This document shows, one piece after another, positions 1 to 12,699 of a stretch of 64,000 nt of DNA (the first letter of the stretch is position 1; every line of letters starts with the position of its first letter). The position numbers and the translations under genes were made by a program. The stretch covers positions 187,364,001 to 187,428,000 of the forward strand of contig OZ024742.1 in the NCBI GenBank assembly GCA_964016885.1, given 5' to 3'. This DNA comes from Eledone cirrhosa (lineage: Eukaryota). The notes under the pieces were generated by a model. The model was given only the letters and a program-made list of their open reading frames with translations. It did not search any database and had not been told where the DNA came from.

Positions 1-426
1 TTTATATTCAATTATAATATTTATATATATATTAATTTAAATATATTCATATATTTATATATATATATATATATATTCATTTATATTTGTATATATATAC
101 ACACACACACACACACACATATATTTGAAATACTCGACCCAATGCAAATTATTGTGAAAATATTTGATCACTATAAATAATAGTTGAAAGTATTGCTTAA
201 CGTTGCTCTAGAGATGGAAAAAGAAATTATATAGTTGATGCACTTTTATTGTGGTCACTTCGTTGGGGCACAGTTATTTTTGAAATTTCAATTTTTCCCA
301 GTAACCCAACACTCTGTTTAAACATACACACACATACACACATACATATAAGCACGCGCACATGCACACCACACACATGGAACATATTTTTTATATATCA
401 ACCTGTACCTTGTAAGTGATCATTAG

Positions 427-482
<56 letters not shown>

Positions 483-522
483 CATTACATACATATATAT
501 ACGTATACACCCACGCACACAC

Positions 523-578
<56 letters not shown>

Positions 579-1131
579 CACACAAATATTCAAACACATA
601 CATACGCTGCACATCCCAATGTACAGAATTATCACACATTGTGTCATGCAGATTCCGCCCTAGAATTACATTAAAGGTACACGTGTCTATGGAATATCTC
701 CACCACTCACACTACATATTTAAATCACTACGAAGATCAGTTGATTGGAATAACTAGAATATACCCATCCTCGAAGCCGACGGACACTCATTTCCTTACC
801 CTTTTTTTTTCTTTTTTACTTATTAACTGGATATCCTACATTCAAATAAAGTTAAGGATTTTTATGCAATTGTTAGCAGACAGATAATATGTTATATTTA
901 AAGTATTTATCGATATCACTGGAGAGGTAAAGTCAGTTTCAAATTTAGTGGCCTATCAGGTGGAAGCTTAACCCAGAATACCTGCTGTTATCCGTGTGAG
1001 AGTACAGTCAGCCCTTTGGACAGGATTTAACGCACAGCTAAGCACGTCATAATTCTTTGATAACGATAGCATTAATACAGCGTGAGTCACAATATATGCC
1101 TTCACGAATGTCATATAAGTGTAATGGTGTC

Positions 1132-1335
1132 TGATTTGGGCACAAGGCCAACAATATTCCGGAAAGAGAGGAGAAAATGGATTAATTCCACCCCAGTGTG
1201 TTACAGGTACTTTATTTTATCCACCCCGTAGGATAAATTCGGTGGGATTTGAACTCAGAATGAATATAAAGGGCCGTATATCTATACCGCAAAATATGAT
1301 TTCGGACGTTGTACTGATACTGCTAATCCATCGCG
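1132..1335 (-). mobile_element. SINE family 1, diverged
   Basis: GGCACAAGGCC...GGTACTTTATTTTATC..CCCCGTAGGAT..GGATTTGAACTCAGA. Confidence 0.75.
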
Positions 1336-1588
1336 CTATGTTTATGTATATTAAATATACATCTAGGCTCACTGTGAGGATTTAAGCTGCGAACATGTAA
1401 GAGCTTCTTCAGCAGGCTGGATAGACACAACGAGTAAATTTCAATGTATTTATGTCTCTTTAGGCCCACTTGCCTAAGCTACGTGTTGATGCATTTGTAA
1501 GGTACTGTGTTCGTATGTATATATGTATGTATATATATACATATATATATGTATGTGTGTGTGTGTTATATAAGTGTGTTATATATAA

Positions 1589-1682
<94 letters not shown>

Positions 1683-1775
1683 TTAGGTTTTTTGGTTCAC
1701 CACTGGATAGAACTTGTCATTCCGTATGGTCAATTCTGGTGTAATATTGCATTAACATTTATTTATTTATATATA

Positions 1776-2539
1776 CTGACGACGGAATGATTCTCTATGT
1801 TTTCTTCGGAAAATATATTTATTCCATTCCAGAAACTAATTAGTTGGAAGTGATATTTTAGTAAGTAAGTTAATTTTATAATTTTCTTATTTTACGTCTC
1901 TCATATTATTGTTCTGCAACCCCATGCATTGAACCACAAAGTTACTGAGACAAAACCTATATATTTGCTAGCATTGATATGCATCTGTATGTATATATAT
2001 GTTACTAGATATTAATTCTTTATAATTATCTCCAAATTATTTGTCGAGCAATATTGGCCATGACGGTTGCTATGGTAGCAGGCAGGCCGCTGTCTTATTA
2101 GCAAACAACTTTCCACTGATTGACCTCGATGTCACGTGATTGATTCTTTTTGAATTTGCCACCGACGCAGAGGCAGTGATTTTCTCAATGGCTAGGAATT
2201 CAGTCCAGGCTTTGCTATTTTCTATCCACTGAATTATTTTTTAATAAGTTTCCAGAGTCCACGCTTTGCCTGGATACTTAGATGAGAATAGTCTTCCCTG
2301 ACGACGGAATGATTCTCAGTGTTTTCTTCGGAAAATATATTTATTCCATTCCAGAAACTAATTAGTTGGAAGTGATATTTTAGTAAGTAAGTTAATTTTA
2401 TGATTTTCTTATTTTACGTCTCTCATATTATTGTTCTGCAACCCCATGCATTGAACCACAAAGTTACTAAGACAAAACCTATATATTTGCTAGCATTGAT
2501 ATGCATCTGTATGTATATATATGTTACTAGATATTAATT

Positions 2540-2546
<7 letters not shown>
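1776..2546. repeat. 249-bp direct repeats (1776-2024, 2298-2546) around a 273-bp unique core
   Basis: Near-identical copies with about three differences; lies between (TA)n tracts. Confidence 0.9.
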
Positions 2547-2605
<59 letters not shown>

Positions 2606-2639
2606 GTGTATACAAACACATACTCAGACACACCCACAC

Positions 2640-2672
<33 letters not shown>

Positions 2673-3590
2673 CATACATATATATATAATTATATAATTG
2701 TAATTATATATGAATGCATGTGTGTGTATATATATATAATTATATATTAATGCACGTGTATATATATGTGAATACATACATAAGTTGTTAGGTTTAACGT
2801 TCAAATAAAATATTTATTTCTTTATTATGTTGGTGTGTCACACCTCATTACAAAGTTCTATATCTATATCCATATTTCAATTATAGCTATTTTGAAGGTT
2901 AAATTGTATACTAGAAATCCGTTAGATACGTATTTCTAAGCCCGTTTGAATTCCGGTTAAGTTTGTGAGACAATCCAACGTTAAAATCAGAAATCACTCA
3001 CTTTCTGAATAAGTATGAAGAATAGACAACATTTAAAAACATGCCTATATACACACATATCCGTAAACCAAACAAACATACGTACATAACTACACGAAAT
3101 ATATATATATGCTCAAGTATAATATATCTATTTCTCTCTAAATATATGTGTATAAATATATTATATATATATACACATACGCATATATGCTCACACATCT
3201 ACATATTTATCTATATATACATATGTATATGAATATATATGCAATCTTTATGTATACATATTATATATACACACGCATATATACAGACACATTTAAACAC
3301 TTATGTATATGTATATGCGTATATATGTAATCTATATATATATGCATATTATATATACACACGCTTATATACACACATATTCACATACTTATATATGTTT
3401 ATATGTATATACATATATACGTCCTCAATAGGTATATATATATCATATATATAGAGAAATGCATACACATATTTACATAAATATATATATATATATATAT
3501 GTATATGTAAGAATGTGAATATGTGTGTATATATATCCGTGTGTATATATAATGTGCATATATATATATATATATGTAATATGTATATAT

Positions 3591-3781
3591 ATAATTGTTT
3601 CTACATTAGGAACAAGGCCAGCAATCACCCAGTGTATTACTGGTACTTTATTTTATGGACCCCGTAAGGATGAAAGGCAAAGTCAACTTCGGCGGGATTT
3701 GAGCTCAGATCGTAAAGGGACGTAACTATGCTGGAAAGCATGGCTTCCGACCCTCTACCGATACTGCCAATCAACCGCCCC
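3591..3781 (-). mobile_element. SINE family 1
   Basis: Reverse-complement full-length match. Confidence 0.88.
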
Positions 3782-3783
3782 TT

Positions 3784-3828
<45 letters not shown>

Positions 3829-3973
3829 TACATTCGTGTATATATGTAATATATATACCTATTACGTACATATGTATGTATATACATATAAACGAATATA
3901 AGTATGTAGATATGTGTGTATATATGCGTGTGTGTATATAATATGTATATATATATATATAAATATATATTTA

Positions 3974-4014
<41 letters not shown>

Positions 4015-4295
4015 TTATATATATACATTTTATAATATACTATTGAATAAACTAATTATATGTATAATGTAAATATTATTAAATCTCGGAAATGGTGCAG
4101 CATCTCTAAGGAAACAGCAAGTGAGGAGGGATGTGTGGGAGGAGAGGAAGAACAAGGAAGTGAAAGTAAGATGGTATAAAACCTACAAGCAATGGATCGA
4201 TTGATCATTTCCGGGACAGGTGTTGTCGGTATATATACTCAACATCTTTGCTTATTCAAATTTATCACAACGAGTCCTACCTGTGCAGTTTTTAA

Positions 4296-4338
<43 letters not shown>

Positions 4339-4339
<1 letters not shown>

Positions 4340-6994
4340 CTTGAATCTCAGTCATAGATGTTAGTTAACTGGAAAGTCCGTTGGAATGAATATCAAGCCA
4401 CTACCTGCAGCCTCAGATATTCAGGACGTATCGGAGGGTGCTTGCTGTTCCCAGCAAGCATGCCTTTTGAAGCGTTCCAAAAAGCGTGAAGGGGCCGATT
4501 TTCTTTAACCATCCCTGGAAACTTTTGGAGATAGTCCCCAGTGCGCCTATGACAATCGGGATCACTTTGACTTCATGGCAGTTCCAAATCCTTTTTACCT
4601 CCCACTTTAAGTCCTGGTATCGGTTAATTTTCTCCCTCTCCTTCTCTTGCACTCTCGTGTCAAATGGGCAGGCCACATCCACAATCAGACACGATCTTTT
4701 TTCTTTGTCCACAACCACCAGGTCAGGTCTATTGTGTTCCAGTTTCTTGTCCGTCTGTATCCTAAAATCCCACAGCACCTTCACCTGATCGTTCTCCATC
4801 ACCTCCTCTGGCTTATGCTCATACCATTTCTCAGAATGTGGTAGATTGTTTACTTTGCACAGGTGCCAGTGGATCACCCTGCCCATCACATCATGTCTCC
4901 AGCCCTTATAGTGGGTCTGGGCTAGGTGTTTACACTTGGATACAATGTGAGCCACAGTCTCCTCTCTCTCTCCACAGATCCTGCACAGTGGGCTAGCCTC
5001 CTCCTTGTAAATATGGTGTTTCAACCACTTCGTTTTGAGGGCCTGCTCCTGCGCAGCCATTAACATTCCTTCTGTAGCCTTTTTAAGGTCTCCTCTTCTC
5101 AACCAGTTCCATGTCTGTGGATCTCTAAATTCAGTTTTCTCAAAGAAGTTACTATGAAGGGATTTTTCCTGAAGGCTGCTCTTCCTCCTTGATGTTATTT
5201 CCTCCTTGGACATCCCCTGGCCTACTGTCCCCTCCTTCAGTACAGTTCTGAGCATTGGCTCCTTACTATAGGTCACGTATTTGTGTAGGTTGTTTTTCTC
5301 CATCTGAACACAGTCCTCTATGCTGATAAGACCTCTTCCACCCTCAGATCTCCTTAGGTAGAGTCTATCGACATCACTCCTCTTGTGGAACATGTTGTAG
5401 ATAGTCAATAGCTTCCTAGTCTTCCTATCCATTTCTTTTTGTTCAGCAGCATTCCATCTCAGAATTCCCGCACTGTACCTAATAATAGACACAGCTCGGG
5501 AATTTACTGCGCTTATGGCATTTCTACTGTTCAGATGTGACTTCAATACGCTCCTTATTCTCCGAATGTATTCAGTTCTTAACAATTCCTTCATTTTTTT
5601 GTTCTTTATGCCATCAGCCTCCAGAACGCCCAAATACTTGTATCCTTCCTCAGAGTCAATTTCCTTTATCATTTCACCTGTTGGTATCTGGATTCCGTTA
5701 CTTCTGCTCAACCTACCCCTCCTCATCACAATGACTCCACACTTACTAATACCAAACTGCATACATATATCACTGCTGAAAATACGGACAGTGTCAACAA
5801 GCACATCCAACTCCTTCTCACTCTTCCCGAAGAGCTTAAGATCGTCCATGAAGAGGAGGTGATTGATGGTAAGCCCTCCCTTTCCCAACACGTATCCTGC
5901 TCTCACTTTTCGCAGTACACTGGTCAGGGGCATCAGGGCAAGGACAAACAACAGAGGGGACAGGCTATCTCCCTGGAAGATACCTCTCTTGATCTTCACG
6001 CTTCCCAAGGATTCTCCAGCTGATGTCAACTCTGTTTCCCAGGACCTCATACTCTTGCCCAGCAACTGTCTGATGTTATCTGCCACCTTGAAGATCTCCA
6101 GGCTTTTGGTGATCCAAGAATGAGGCACCATGTCAAATGCCTTTCTGTAATCTATCCATGCCATGGCAAGATCAGTGTGTCTCCTCCTGCAATTCCCCAT
6201 TACCATCTTATCGATAAGTAACTGGTCCTTTGTACCACGTGACTTCTTTCGGCATCCTTTCTGTTCGTCCGGTAACAAGTTGTTTGTGTGGAGGTGATGG
6301 TAGATTTCTTCAGACACAATGCTCGTCAACAGTTTCCACATTACGGACAGACATGTAATAGGTCTATAGTTGGTAACATCATTACCCTTGATTCGGTCTT
6401 TCATTATCAGAACTGTGGTACCTTTTGTCAACCACTCTGGTACCTCACCTGACATCAAGCAGTCATTGAACATGGTTGTCAGTTTCGGGTGGAGGGATGT
6501 TATATGTTTAATCCAATACCCCTGCACACACTCTGGGCCTGGTGATTTCCAGTTGGTTAGTTTTTTGGCCTGCCCCTTAAGAGTTTCAACTGTGATATTG
6601 AAATCAGTTTGTTGGTGTGACTGCTCACCGATCTCCCTGTGTACTGTCTCAATCCACCCTGCCCTGTCATTATGTCTAACATCCTGCTCCCATATTCCTC
6701 TCCAGAATGTTTTAGTTTGTTCCGCCTCAGGGATCAAGTCGTTGCCTCTTTCTTTCCCCTCAAGCTGTCCAAACAGCATCTTCTGGTTGTTGTCAAACAT
6801 GCGGTTCTGTTTATACTGACTGACTCTGTTCTCGTATCACCTGATTTTTGCACTCTTTGCTACAATGCGTTGCTTCAGTTCCTCTATGATAATATTTAGC
6901 TTTTTCCTTCTAGTTTTGTACTTTATTTCCAGTCTATTTTAGTGCCTATGTTTTTTAGTGTCCCATTAAGTAGTGACTCAAGCTTTCCAATGTC
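4339..6994 (-). mobile_element. 5'-truncated R4/Dong-type non-LTR retrotransposon, family A variant (A')
   Basis: Colinear with the 3' ~2.65 kb of the elements at 7034-11455 and 16719-21266, with the same 3'UTR and (TAA)n on both sides. It has a CGA>TGA stop near 6838 and a 1-nt deletion near 6940, both upstream of the open part. Confidence 0.95.
4413..6800 (-). pseudogene. N-terminally truncated RT-CCHC-REL ORF (795 aa still open)
   Basis: Motifs NYRPITCL, QGDSLSP, FMDD, CRICx8Hx4C and RPDLVVVD...VDVACP...KEREK are present; about 335 N-terminal residues of the full ORF are missing. Confidence 0.9.
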
Positions 6995-7033
6995 ATTATT
7001 ATTATTATTATTATTATTATTGTTATTGTTATT

Positions 7034-10000
7034 CCTTGAATCTCAGTCATTGATGTTGGTTAACTGGAAAGTCCGTTGGATTGAATATCAAGCCACTACC
7101 TGCAGCCTCAGATATTCAGGACGTATCGGAGGGTTCTTGCTGTTCCAAGCAAGCATGCCTTTTGAAGCGTTCCAAAAAGCGTGAAGGGGCCGATTTTCTT
7201 TAACCATCCCTGGAAACCTTTGGAGATAGTCCCCAGTGCGCGTATGACAATCGGGATCACTTTGACTTCATGGCAGTTCCAAATCCTTTTCACCTCCCAC
7301 TTTAGGTCCTGGTATCGGTTAATTTTCTCCCTCTCCTTCTCTTGCACTCTCGTGTCGAACGGGCAGGCCACATCCACAATCAGGCACGATCTTTTTTCTT
7401 TGTCCACAACCACCAGGTCAGGTCTATTGTGTTCCAGTTTTTTGTCCGTCTGTATCCTAAAATCCCACAGCACCTTCACCTGACTGTTCTCCATCACCGC
7501 CTCTGGCCTATGCTCATACCATTTCTCAGAATGTGGTAGATTGTTTACTTTGCACAGGTGCCAGTGGATCACCCTGCCCATCACATCGTGTCTCCAGCCC
7601 TTATAGTGGGTCTGGGCTAGGTGTTTACACTCGGACACAATGTGAGCCACAGTCTCCTCTCTCTCTCCACAGATCCTGCACAGTGGGCTAGCCTCCTCCT
7701 TGTAGATATGGTGCTTCAACCACTTCGTTTTGAGGGCCTGCTCCTGCGCAGCCATTAGCATTCCTTCTGTAGCCTTTTTGAGGTCTCCTCTTCTCAACCA
7801 GTTCCATGTCTGTGGATCTCTAAATTCAGTTTTCTCAAAGAAGGTACTATGAAGGGATTTTCCCTTAAGGCTGCTCTTCCTCCTTGATGTTATTTCCTCC
7901 TTGGACATCCCCTGGCCTACTGTCCCCTCCTTCAGTACAGTTCTGAGCATTGGCTCCTTACTATAGGTCACGTATTTGTATAGGTTGTTTTTCTCCATCT
8001 GAACACAGTCCTCTATGCTGATAAGACCTCTTCCACCCTCAGATCTCCTTAGGTAGAGTCTATCGACATCACTCCTCTTGTGGAACATGTTGTAGATAGT
8101 CAATAGCTTCCTAGTCTTCCTATCCATTTCTTTTTGTTCAGCAACATTCCATCTCAGAATTCCCGCACTGTACCTAATAATAGACACAGCTCGGGAATTT
8201 ACTGCGCTTATGGCATTTCTGCTGTTCAGATGTGACTTCAATACGCTCCTTACTCTCCGAATGTATTCAGTTCTTAATAATTCCTTCATTTTTTTGTTCT
8301 TTATGCCATCAGCCTCCAGAACGCCCAAATACTTGTATCCTTCCTCAGAGTCAATTTCCTTTATCATCTCACCTGTTGGTATCTGGATCCCGTTACTTCT
8401 GCTCAACCTACCCCTCTTCATCACAATGACTCCACATTTACCAATACCAAACTGCATACATATATCACTGCTGAAAATACGGACAGTGTCAACAAGCACA
8501 TCCAACTCCTTCTCACTTTTCCCGAAGAGCTTAAGATCGTCCATGAAGAGGAGGTGATTGATGGTAAGCTCTCCCCTTCCCAACTTGTATCCTGCTCTCA
8601 CTTTTCGCAGCATAATGGTCAAGGGCATCAGGGCAAGGACAAACAACAGAGGGGACAGGCTATCTCCCTGGAAGATACCTCTCTTGATCTTCACGCTTCC
8701 CAAGGATACTCCAGTTGATGTCAACTCTGTCTCCCAGGACCCCATACTCCTGCCCAGCAACTGTCTGATGTTATCTGCCACCCTGAAGACCTCCAGGCTT
8801 TTGGTGATCCAGGAATGAGGCACCATGTCAAATGCCTTTCTGTAGTCTATCCATCCCATGGCAAGATCAGTGTGTCTCTTCCTGCAATTCCCCATTACCA
8901 TCTTATCAATAAGCAACTGGTCCTTTGTACCACGTGACTTCTTTCGGCATCCTTTCTGTTCGTCCGGTAACAAGTTGTTTGTGTGGAGGTGATGGTAGAT
9001 TTCCTCAGACACAATGCTCGTCAACAGTTTCCACATTACGGGCAGACATGTGATAGGTCTATAGTTGGTAACATCATTACCCTTGATTCGGTCTTTCATT
9101 ATCAGAACTGTGGTACCTTTTGTCAACCACTCTGGCACCTCACCCGACACCAAGCAGTCATTGAACATGGCCGTCAGCTTCGGGTGGAGGGATGTTAAAT
9201 GTTTAATCCAATACCCCTGCACACCATCTGGGCCTGGTGATTTCCAGTTTGTTAGTTTTTTGGCTTGCCCCTTAAGAGTTTCAACTGTGATACTCAAATC
9301 AGTCTGTTGTTGTGCCTTCTCACCGATCTCCCTCTGTACTGTCTCAATCCACCCTGCCTGGGCATTGTGTCTAACATCCTGCTCCCATATTCCTCTCCAG
9401 AATGTTTTAGCTTGTTCCGCCCCAGGGATCAAGTCGTTGCCTCTTTCTTTCCCCTCAAGCTGTCCAAACAGCATCTTCTGGTTGTTGTCGAACATGCGGT
9501 TCTGTTTATACTGACTGACTCTGTTCTCGTATCGCCTGATTTTGGCACTCTTTGCTACAATGCGTTGCTTCAATTCCTCTATTATAATATTTAGCTTTTT
9601 ACTCCTAGTTTTATATTTTATTTCCAGTCTATTTTTAGTGCCTATGTTTTTTAGTGTCCCATTCAGTAGTGACTCAAGCTTTCCTATGTCATTTCTCATT
9701 TCCCCGATTTGCCCACTCAGTCGCTTCTTCCACCACGGCTCTGCTCTTTCTTGTCTGTTGTTTCCTCTCGCTTTTATACCAAGTAGTTTCCTCACCGTAT
9801 TTGCTGTTGCTTTGAGGGTATTGTTGCACTGGTGAAGACTCCTCGCCTCAAGGTATGGGATGACTTTGTTTACCTTAGCTGTTGTTTCTTTTAACTTTTT
9901 CCTGTCTACAAATCTTAGGTTCATAGGTCTCCCACTATCATTGTTCAATTCATCTACCACTAGATTTAGGATGTCAACCGAATCTTGTCCTAGCCCGTCA

Positions 10001-11455
10001 GCATTCATCTCCTCAGTGGCCGTATCTCTGTTCCAGGTATTATTTATCTCAGTATTCAGATCATTGTCTGCTTCGGGTGGTTCCTCCGTTCTCAGGACCT
10101 CCTCACCTTCATTTCCCACCGGCTCGCTTGTCTGGCATACTACACCCGCCATCTCCAAGCCATTCTCTCTGCTCAGTTCCTCCAGTTCCAGCTCGCTTAT
10201 CCACCCATTAGTTCTTATTACCCGAGCCTGCCCGGCCAATTTTTGTTCATCTAATTTAAATAAACCAATCTCGTTCCAGATGTTATGCATCCGTCTCCTG
10301 TAGCCCCTCTCCTTGGGGTTACTTTTCAGGTAGCATTGCATAACAGTTCTATTCAATTCTTTCGTCCAGTTGGTTCTGGCCCCTTTCCTTCTTCTCCTTC
10401 CTCCAACATCAGCAGTATTTGGTTGACAGTCAGGTTCCTGCTGCTGAGCCAGGGGGCACCTGTTGGGTGAGAGTCTGTCACATGACGTTCTAGTCTCCAT
10501 TTCACCGTTATTCGAACTGTTTATGTTCGATATTTAAACACTCTTATCGAGGATTGGCGAATGTATGTTTACATAGCCATCTGTGGATCCGCCATCCCAC
10601 TTGGCCCTTGTGTGGCATTATCACCACGCTGTATACGAACACACATAAACAAACAAACACACGGGCAGAAAGGGCCCCAAAAATGAATAAGCATAAGTTT
10701 CATTGTAATGTAGTATTCGAATGTCTGACTTAGTTTTGTTTTTTAAGTTTTACTTTTTCCCCCCTCTTCTCTGTCCGTCCGCCTGCTTCTCTCTTCATTC
10801 TTATTTTCTTTACGTTTTTGGGGTTTCTTTTTTTGTTTTTGTTTTTCTCTGTTTTTCTCGTTTTTTGCTGTTGTTGCTGTGCTGCTTTGGTTTTGTTGTT
10901 TGTTTTTTTCTTTTTTCTTTTGAGTCTATCTATATATTTTGATGCCTTCCTCTTTGTTAGTAGTAGGGATTCTATAATGTGGAAGTAGTAGCAGCCAGCA
11001 GGGAGAAGTGGGAGGCTGGCGGCGCTGGCGATACTGAGACATTGGTGGTGGTGATGTCGATACCGAGGCAGTGGTGGCGGTGATGCGACCGTATTACTGT
11101 AGTGATGGTGCTGTAGCGGTGGCAGCATCAGTGAAGGAGTCAAGGGGTGGTGGCGGCGGTGATGGGATAGTGGTGGTAATGATGGCCGTAGTGAGCGGTG
11201 GCGGTGAAGGTGAAAATGCTGTTGTGTTTAGTGTACACAGATGATGGGGTGGGTGGTGTATCTAGTTTCTGGTGTTGGTGAGTTTAGCTGTTCTATATAG
11301 TGTAGCCAGAGGAGAGGAGGGGGGAGGGGGTTCTTCTTCTTCCATTTATAGCCATTTTTTTTTTTTTTATTTTGGATATACAGTGTACAATACAAAGTTG
11401 AATATTTGAATATTTGAGCCTTATAACAATATATTTTGGGTCCGAATTTTTTGGG
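7034..11455 (-). mobile_element. Near-full-length young R4/Dong-type LINE, family A (leader ~140 nt shorter than the + copy)
   Basis: Reverse complement of ~16858-21266 with only a few differences; bounded by (TAA)n at 6995-7033 and 11456-11526. Confidence 0.95.
7108..10500 (-). CDS. 1130-aa single ORF: N-terminal domain, reverse transcriptase, CCHC knuckle, restriction-like (PD-D/ExK) endonuclease
   Basis: Uninterrupted ORF with KSPGPDG, NYRPITCL, DYRKAFDMV, GIFQGDSLSP, LFMDDLKL, YKYLG, CRICGEREETVAHIVSEC and RPD..D..K motifs. Has a G>R change in the conserved IVIGALG motif. Confidence 0.95.
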   Translation of the reverse strand: METRTSCDRLSPNRCPLAQQQEPDCQPNTADVGGRRRRKGARTNWTKELNRTVMQCYLKSNPKERGYRRRMHNIWNEIGLFKLDEQKLAGQARVIRTNGWISELELEELSRENGLEMAGVVCQTSEPVGNEGEEVLRTEEPPEADNDLNTEINNTWNRDTATEEMNADGLGQDSVDILNLVVDELNNDSGRPMNLRFVDRKKLKETTAKVNKVIPYLEARSLHQCNNTLKATANTVRKLLGIKARGNNRQERAEPWWKKRLSGQIGEMRNDIGKLESLLNGTLKNIGTKNRLEIKYKTRSKKLNIIIEELKQRIVAKSAKIRRYENRVSQYKQNRMFDNNQKMLFGQLEGKERGNDLIPGAEQAKTFWRGIWEQDVRHNAQAGWIETVQREIGEKAQQQTDLSITVETLKGQAKKLTNWKSPGPDGVQGYWIKHLTSLHPKLTAMFNDCLVSGEVPEWLTKGTTVLIMKDRIKGNDVTNYRPITCLPVMWKLLTSIVSEEIYHHLHTNNLLPDEQKGCRKKSRGTKDQLLIDKMVMGNCRKRHTDLAMGWIDYRKAFDMVPHSWITKSLEVFRVADNIRQLLGRSMGSWETELTSTGVSLGSVKIKRGIFQGDSLSPLLFVLALMPLTIMLRKVRAGYKLGRGELTINHLLFMDDLKLFGKSEKELDVLVDTVRIFSSDICMQFGIGKCGVIVMKRGRLSRSNGIQIPTGEMIKEIDSEEGYKYLGVLEADGIKNKKMKELLRTEYIRRVRSVLKSHLNSRNAISAVNSRAVSIIRYSAGILRWNVAEQKEMDRKTRKLLTIYNMFHKRSDVDRLYLRRSEGGRGLISIEDCVQMEKNNLYKYVTYSKEPMLRTVLKEGTVGQGMSKEEITSRRKSSLKGKSLHSTFFEKTEFRDPQTWNWLRRGDLKKATEGMLMAAQEQALKTKWLKHHIYKEEASPLCRICGEREETVAHIVSECKHLAQTHYKGWRHDVMGRVIHWHLCKVNNLPHSEKWYEHRPEAVMENSQVKVLWDFRIQTDKKLEHNRPDLVVVDKEKRSCLIVDVACPFDTRVQEKEREKINRYQDLKWEVKRIWNCHEVKVIPIVIRALGTISKGFQGWLKKIGPFTLFGTLQKACLLGTARTLRYVLNI

Positions 11456-11517
<62 letters not shown>

Positions 11518-11526
11518 CATTATTAT
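11456..11526. repeat. (TTA)n/(TAA)n target/tail tract (others at 4296-4338, 6995-7033, 11706-11720, 16670-16718, 21267-21329, 22699-22749)
   Basis: Read directly; each tract sits at a LINE junction. Confidence 0.95.
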
Positions 11527-11705
11527 AGTGGATTGGCAGTATCGGTAGAGGGTCGGACGCCATGCTTTGTGTCAAAGAGTTACGGCCCTTTATGGTCTGA
11601 GTTTAAATCACGCCGATGTTAACTTTGCCTTTCATCCTTACAGGGTCGATTTATATAAAGGACTCGTAATACACTGGGATAATTGTGGCTTTGTGCCAAA
11701 AGTAG
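11527..11705 (+). mobile_element. SINE family 1 at the centre of the LINE cluster
   Basis: Match to the reference copy; a 3' fragment of the same SINE also lies at 12575-12633. Confidence 0.88.
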
Positions 11706-11744
11706 TAATAATAATAATAAGAAGAAGAATAAGAAGACGCACGG

Positions 11745-12440
11745 AAGGGAAGAAGACGCACGAGGTGGTAGAGGTCATGAAATCGCTCACGTAAGTTTTG
11801 AATTTTTAACATATTTAAATCATTTGTGAAATAACAACTCCTAGTACAAATGCTATGTAAAGCATCCGGCTTGAGCCCCAAAAAATTCGGACCCAAAATA
11901 TATTGTTATAAGGCTCAAATATTCAAATATTCAACTTTGTATTGTACATTGTATATTCAAAAAAGAAAATGGCTATAAATGGAAGAACCCCCCCCCTCCT
12001 CTGTCTACGATATATAGAACAGCCAAACAACACCAATCTCACCAACACCAGAAACTAGATACAACACCTACCCCATCACCTCTCTGTGTACACTAAACAC
12101 AACAGCCAGATAACGGCAATTTCACCACCACCACTCACTACTGCCATCATTACCACCACTATCCCATCACCGCCGCCACCACTCCTTCATTGTTGCCACC
12201 GCTACAACACCATCACTACAGTAATATGATCACATCGCCACCACCACTGCCTCGGTATCGACATCATCACCACCACTGTCTCAGTATCGATACCGCCGCT
12301 ACTGTCTCCCACATCTCCCCGCCGCCACCACTCCTTCAATGCAACCACCACTATTCCCCTGTTAACTTGAGAGAGAAAGGGGAAGGTGGCGGTATCACTA
12401 GATAAGGGAGAGGCTAGCAAAAATATAAATAGATTGACTT
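11745..12440 (+). mobile_element. Diverged copy of the family A 5' leader module, with no adjacent family A ORF
   Basis: Aligns to ~16725-17380 (AAGGGAAGAAGACGCACGAGGTG...GAGGTCATGAAATCGCTC...) and begins just after a (TAA)n tract, as the 16719 copy does. Confidence 0.85.
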
Positions 12441-12699
12441 AGTGACCTGGCCACATCAACAATTATGGGACTGCTGGCTCACCCCTTCCTCACCAACAAT
12501 ATAAAAAGCTCCGGCACCACCACCGACATAGCCAACAACAATAACAGCCAACCACAACAAAAAGTATATTATATTATTGTAATGCACTGGGTGATTGCTG
12601 GTCTTGTGCCTGGAGTGGAGACAATTATTAATAATTTCATTCTTAAGCCACGCAATGCTCACATTAAGGAACCACTCATGATAATAACAATTTAAAAAA

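Noticed and set aside
4486-10470. Antisense ORFs overlapping the LINE ORFs
   Set aside because: Shadow ORFs of the RT coding strand; they recur only because the element is repeated.
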